From contig JAKAMI010000002.1 of the NCBI GenBank assembly GCA_021812945.1, positions 1,047 through 65,046 on the forward strand: 64,000 nt of DNA, written 5' to 3'. A model generated the notes under the pieces. That model was not told the origin of the DNA. It made no database searches and worked only from the letters and a program-made list of their open reading frames with translations. Source of the stretch: a bacterium (GTDB lineage Bacteria; Patescibacteriota; UBA1384; XYA2-FULL-43-10; JAKAMI01). Below, piece by piece: positions 63,399 through 64,000 of the stretch. A program made the position numbers and the translations under genes. Position 1 is the stretch's first letter, and the number at the start of each line of letters is the position of its first letter.

Positions 63399-64000
63399 CG
63401 TTTACTCCTTTCTTGGTTAGTAATTGATTTAACAAAAGCTTTTTCTAAAGACTGGCCTTTTTTAATAAAGTCGGAGATTTTGCCGGATTTGATGATTTTA
63501 CCCTTGTTAATAATCGCCACTCGGTCGCAGAGCTCTTCGATGTCGGCCAGGATGTGGCTTGAGATCAGTATGGTTTTGCCCTGTTTTTTGAGATCGAGTA
63601 GGATGTTTTTGACCTCCGAGCGGCCGATTGGGTCGAGGCCGTCAAGCGGTTCGTCGAGTAGTAGAATCTCCGGATCGCCAACCAAAGCCTGGGCGATACC
63701 CAGCCGCTGGCGCATACCTTTGGAATAGTTGCGGACATACTTTTTTGTTTCATCGCCGAGGCCAACGAGTCCGAGTAGCTCATCAGCCTGCTCTTTAGCA
63801 TTATTTTTATTGATCTTTTGCAACTCGGCCACGAAGACCAGAAACTCCCGTCCGGTCAGGTACTCGTAAAAATACGGATCCTCCGGCATATAGCCGAGAT
63901 GCCGGTGGCTTTGGATATTTTTTGATTCTAAATTGTTTATAACAATTTCGCCTTCGGTCGCCCAAACTAAGCCGACAATGGCCTTTAGAGTGGTGGTTTT
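63395..64000 (-). CDS. ABC transporter ATP-binding protein (5' end beyond window)
   Basis: LSGGMRQRL-like signature (YSKGMRQRLGIAQAL), Walker B ILLLDEP, H-loop ISSHIL. The frame stays open to the window end. Confidence 0.8.
   Translation of the reverse strand, partial: KTTTLKAIVGLVWATEGEIVINNLESKNIQSHRHLGYMPEDPYFYEYLTGREFLVFVAELQKINKNNAKEQADELLGLVGLGDETKKYVRNYSKGMRQRLGIAQALVGDPEILLLDEPLDGLDPIGRSEVKNILLDLKKQGKTILISSHILADIEELCDRVAIINKGKIIKSGKISDFIKKGQSLEKAFVKSITNQERSKR

Overview
This 64 kb window is a gene-dense chromosomal region of a small-genome bacterium. It may belong to an uncultivated CPR/Patescibacteria-like lineage, but that is inferred from gene content alone. Recognisable content: Mur ligase (partial) and a FemAB-family gene; tsaD and valS; a dTDP-rhamnose cluster (rfbA/C/B/D) with a Wzx-like flippase and GT2 glycosyltransferases; a galU-uxs-ugd UDP-xylose route; a type IV pilus operon (pilins, a discoidin-domain protein, pilC, and a pilB ATPase carrying an N-terminal HU/IHF-like DNA-binding domain); dnaX, dnaB, uvrD/pcrA, rsmA/ksgA, an NRAMP transporter, a VanW-family protein, an RpfB-like G5/transglycosylase, recG, comEA, an O-antigen-ligase/TPR fusion and an ABC transporter; tRNA-Arg(CCG) and tRNA-Leu(TAG); and an ISL3-family IS. 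The most unusual feature is a set of short palindromic repeat families. Their copies sit between genes and also inside essential genes, always in frame and without stop codons (tsaD, valS, rfbD, dnaX, uvrD, rsmA, recG and others), often as composites of two or three modules. This resembles Rickettsia palindromic elements. One family, a roughly 90 nt palindrome, lies immediately upstream of six cell-envelope and sugar-nucleotide genes and supplies their ribosome-binding sites. A roughly 5 kb segment (22.5-27.6 kb) is bracketed by a diverged duplicate of the 3' end of a GT2 gene, as expected for an integrative element inserted at a gene 3' end. It carries a methyltransferase-domain gene, a TrmB-like regulator, a strongly promoted candidate ncRNA and a GC-rich two-gene cassette, with an ISL3 element next to it. 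Hand-placed coordinates are approximate to a few nt. The ORF track uses alternative start codons, so several listed starts were moved to internal ATG/GTG/TTG codons with ribosome-binding sites.
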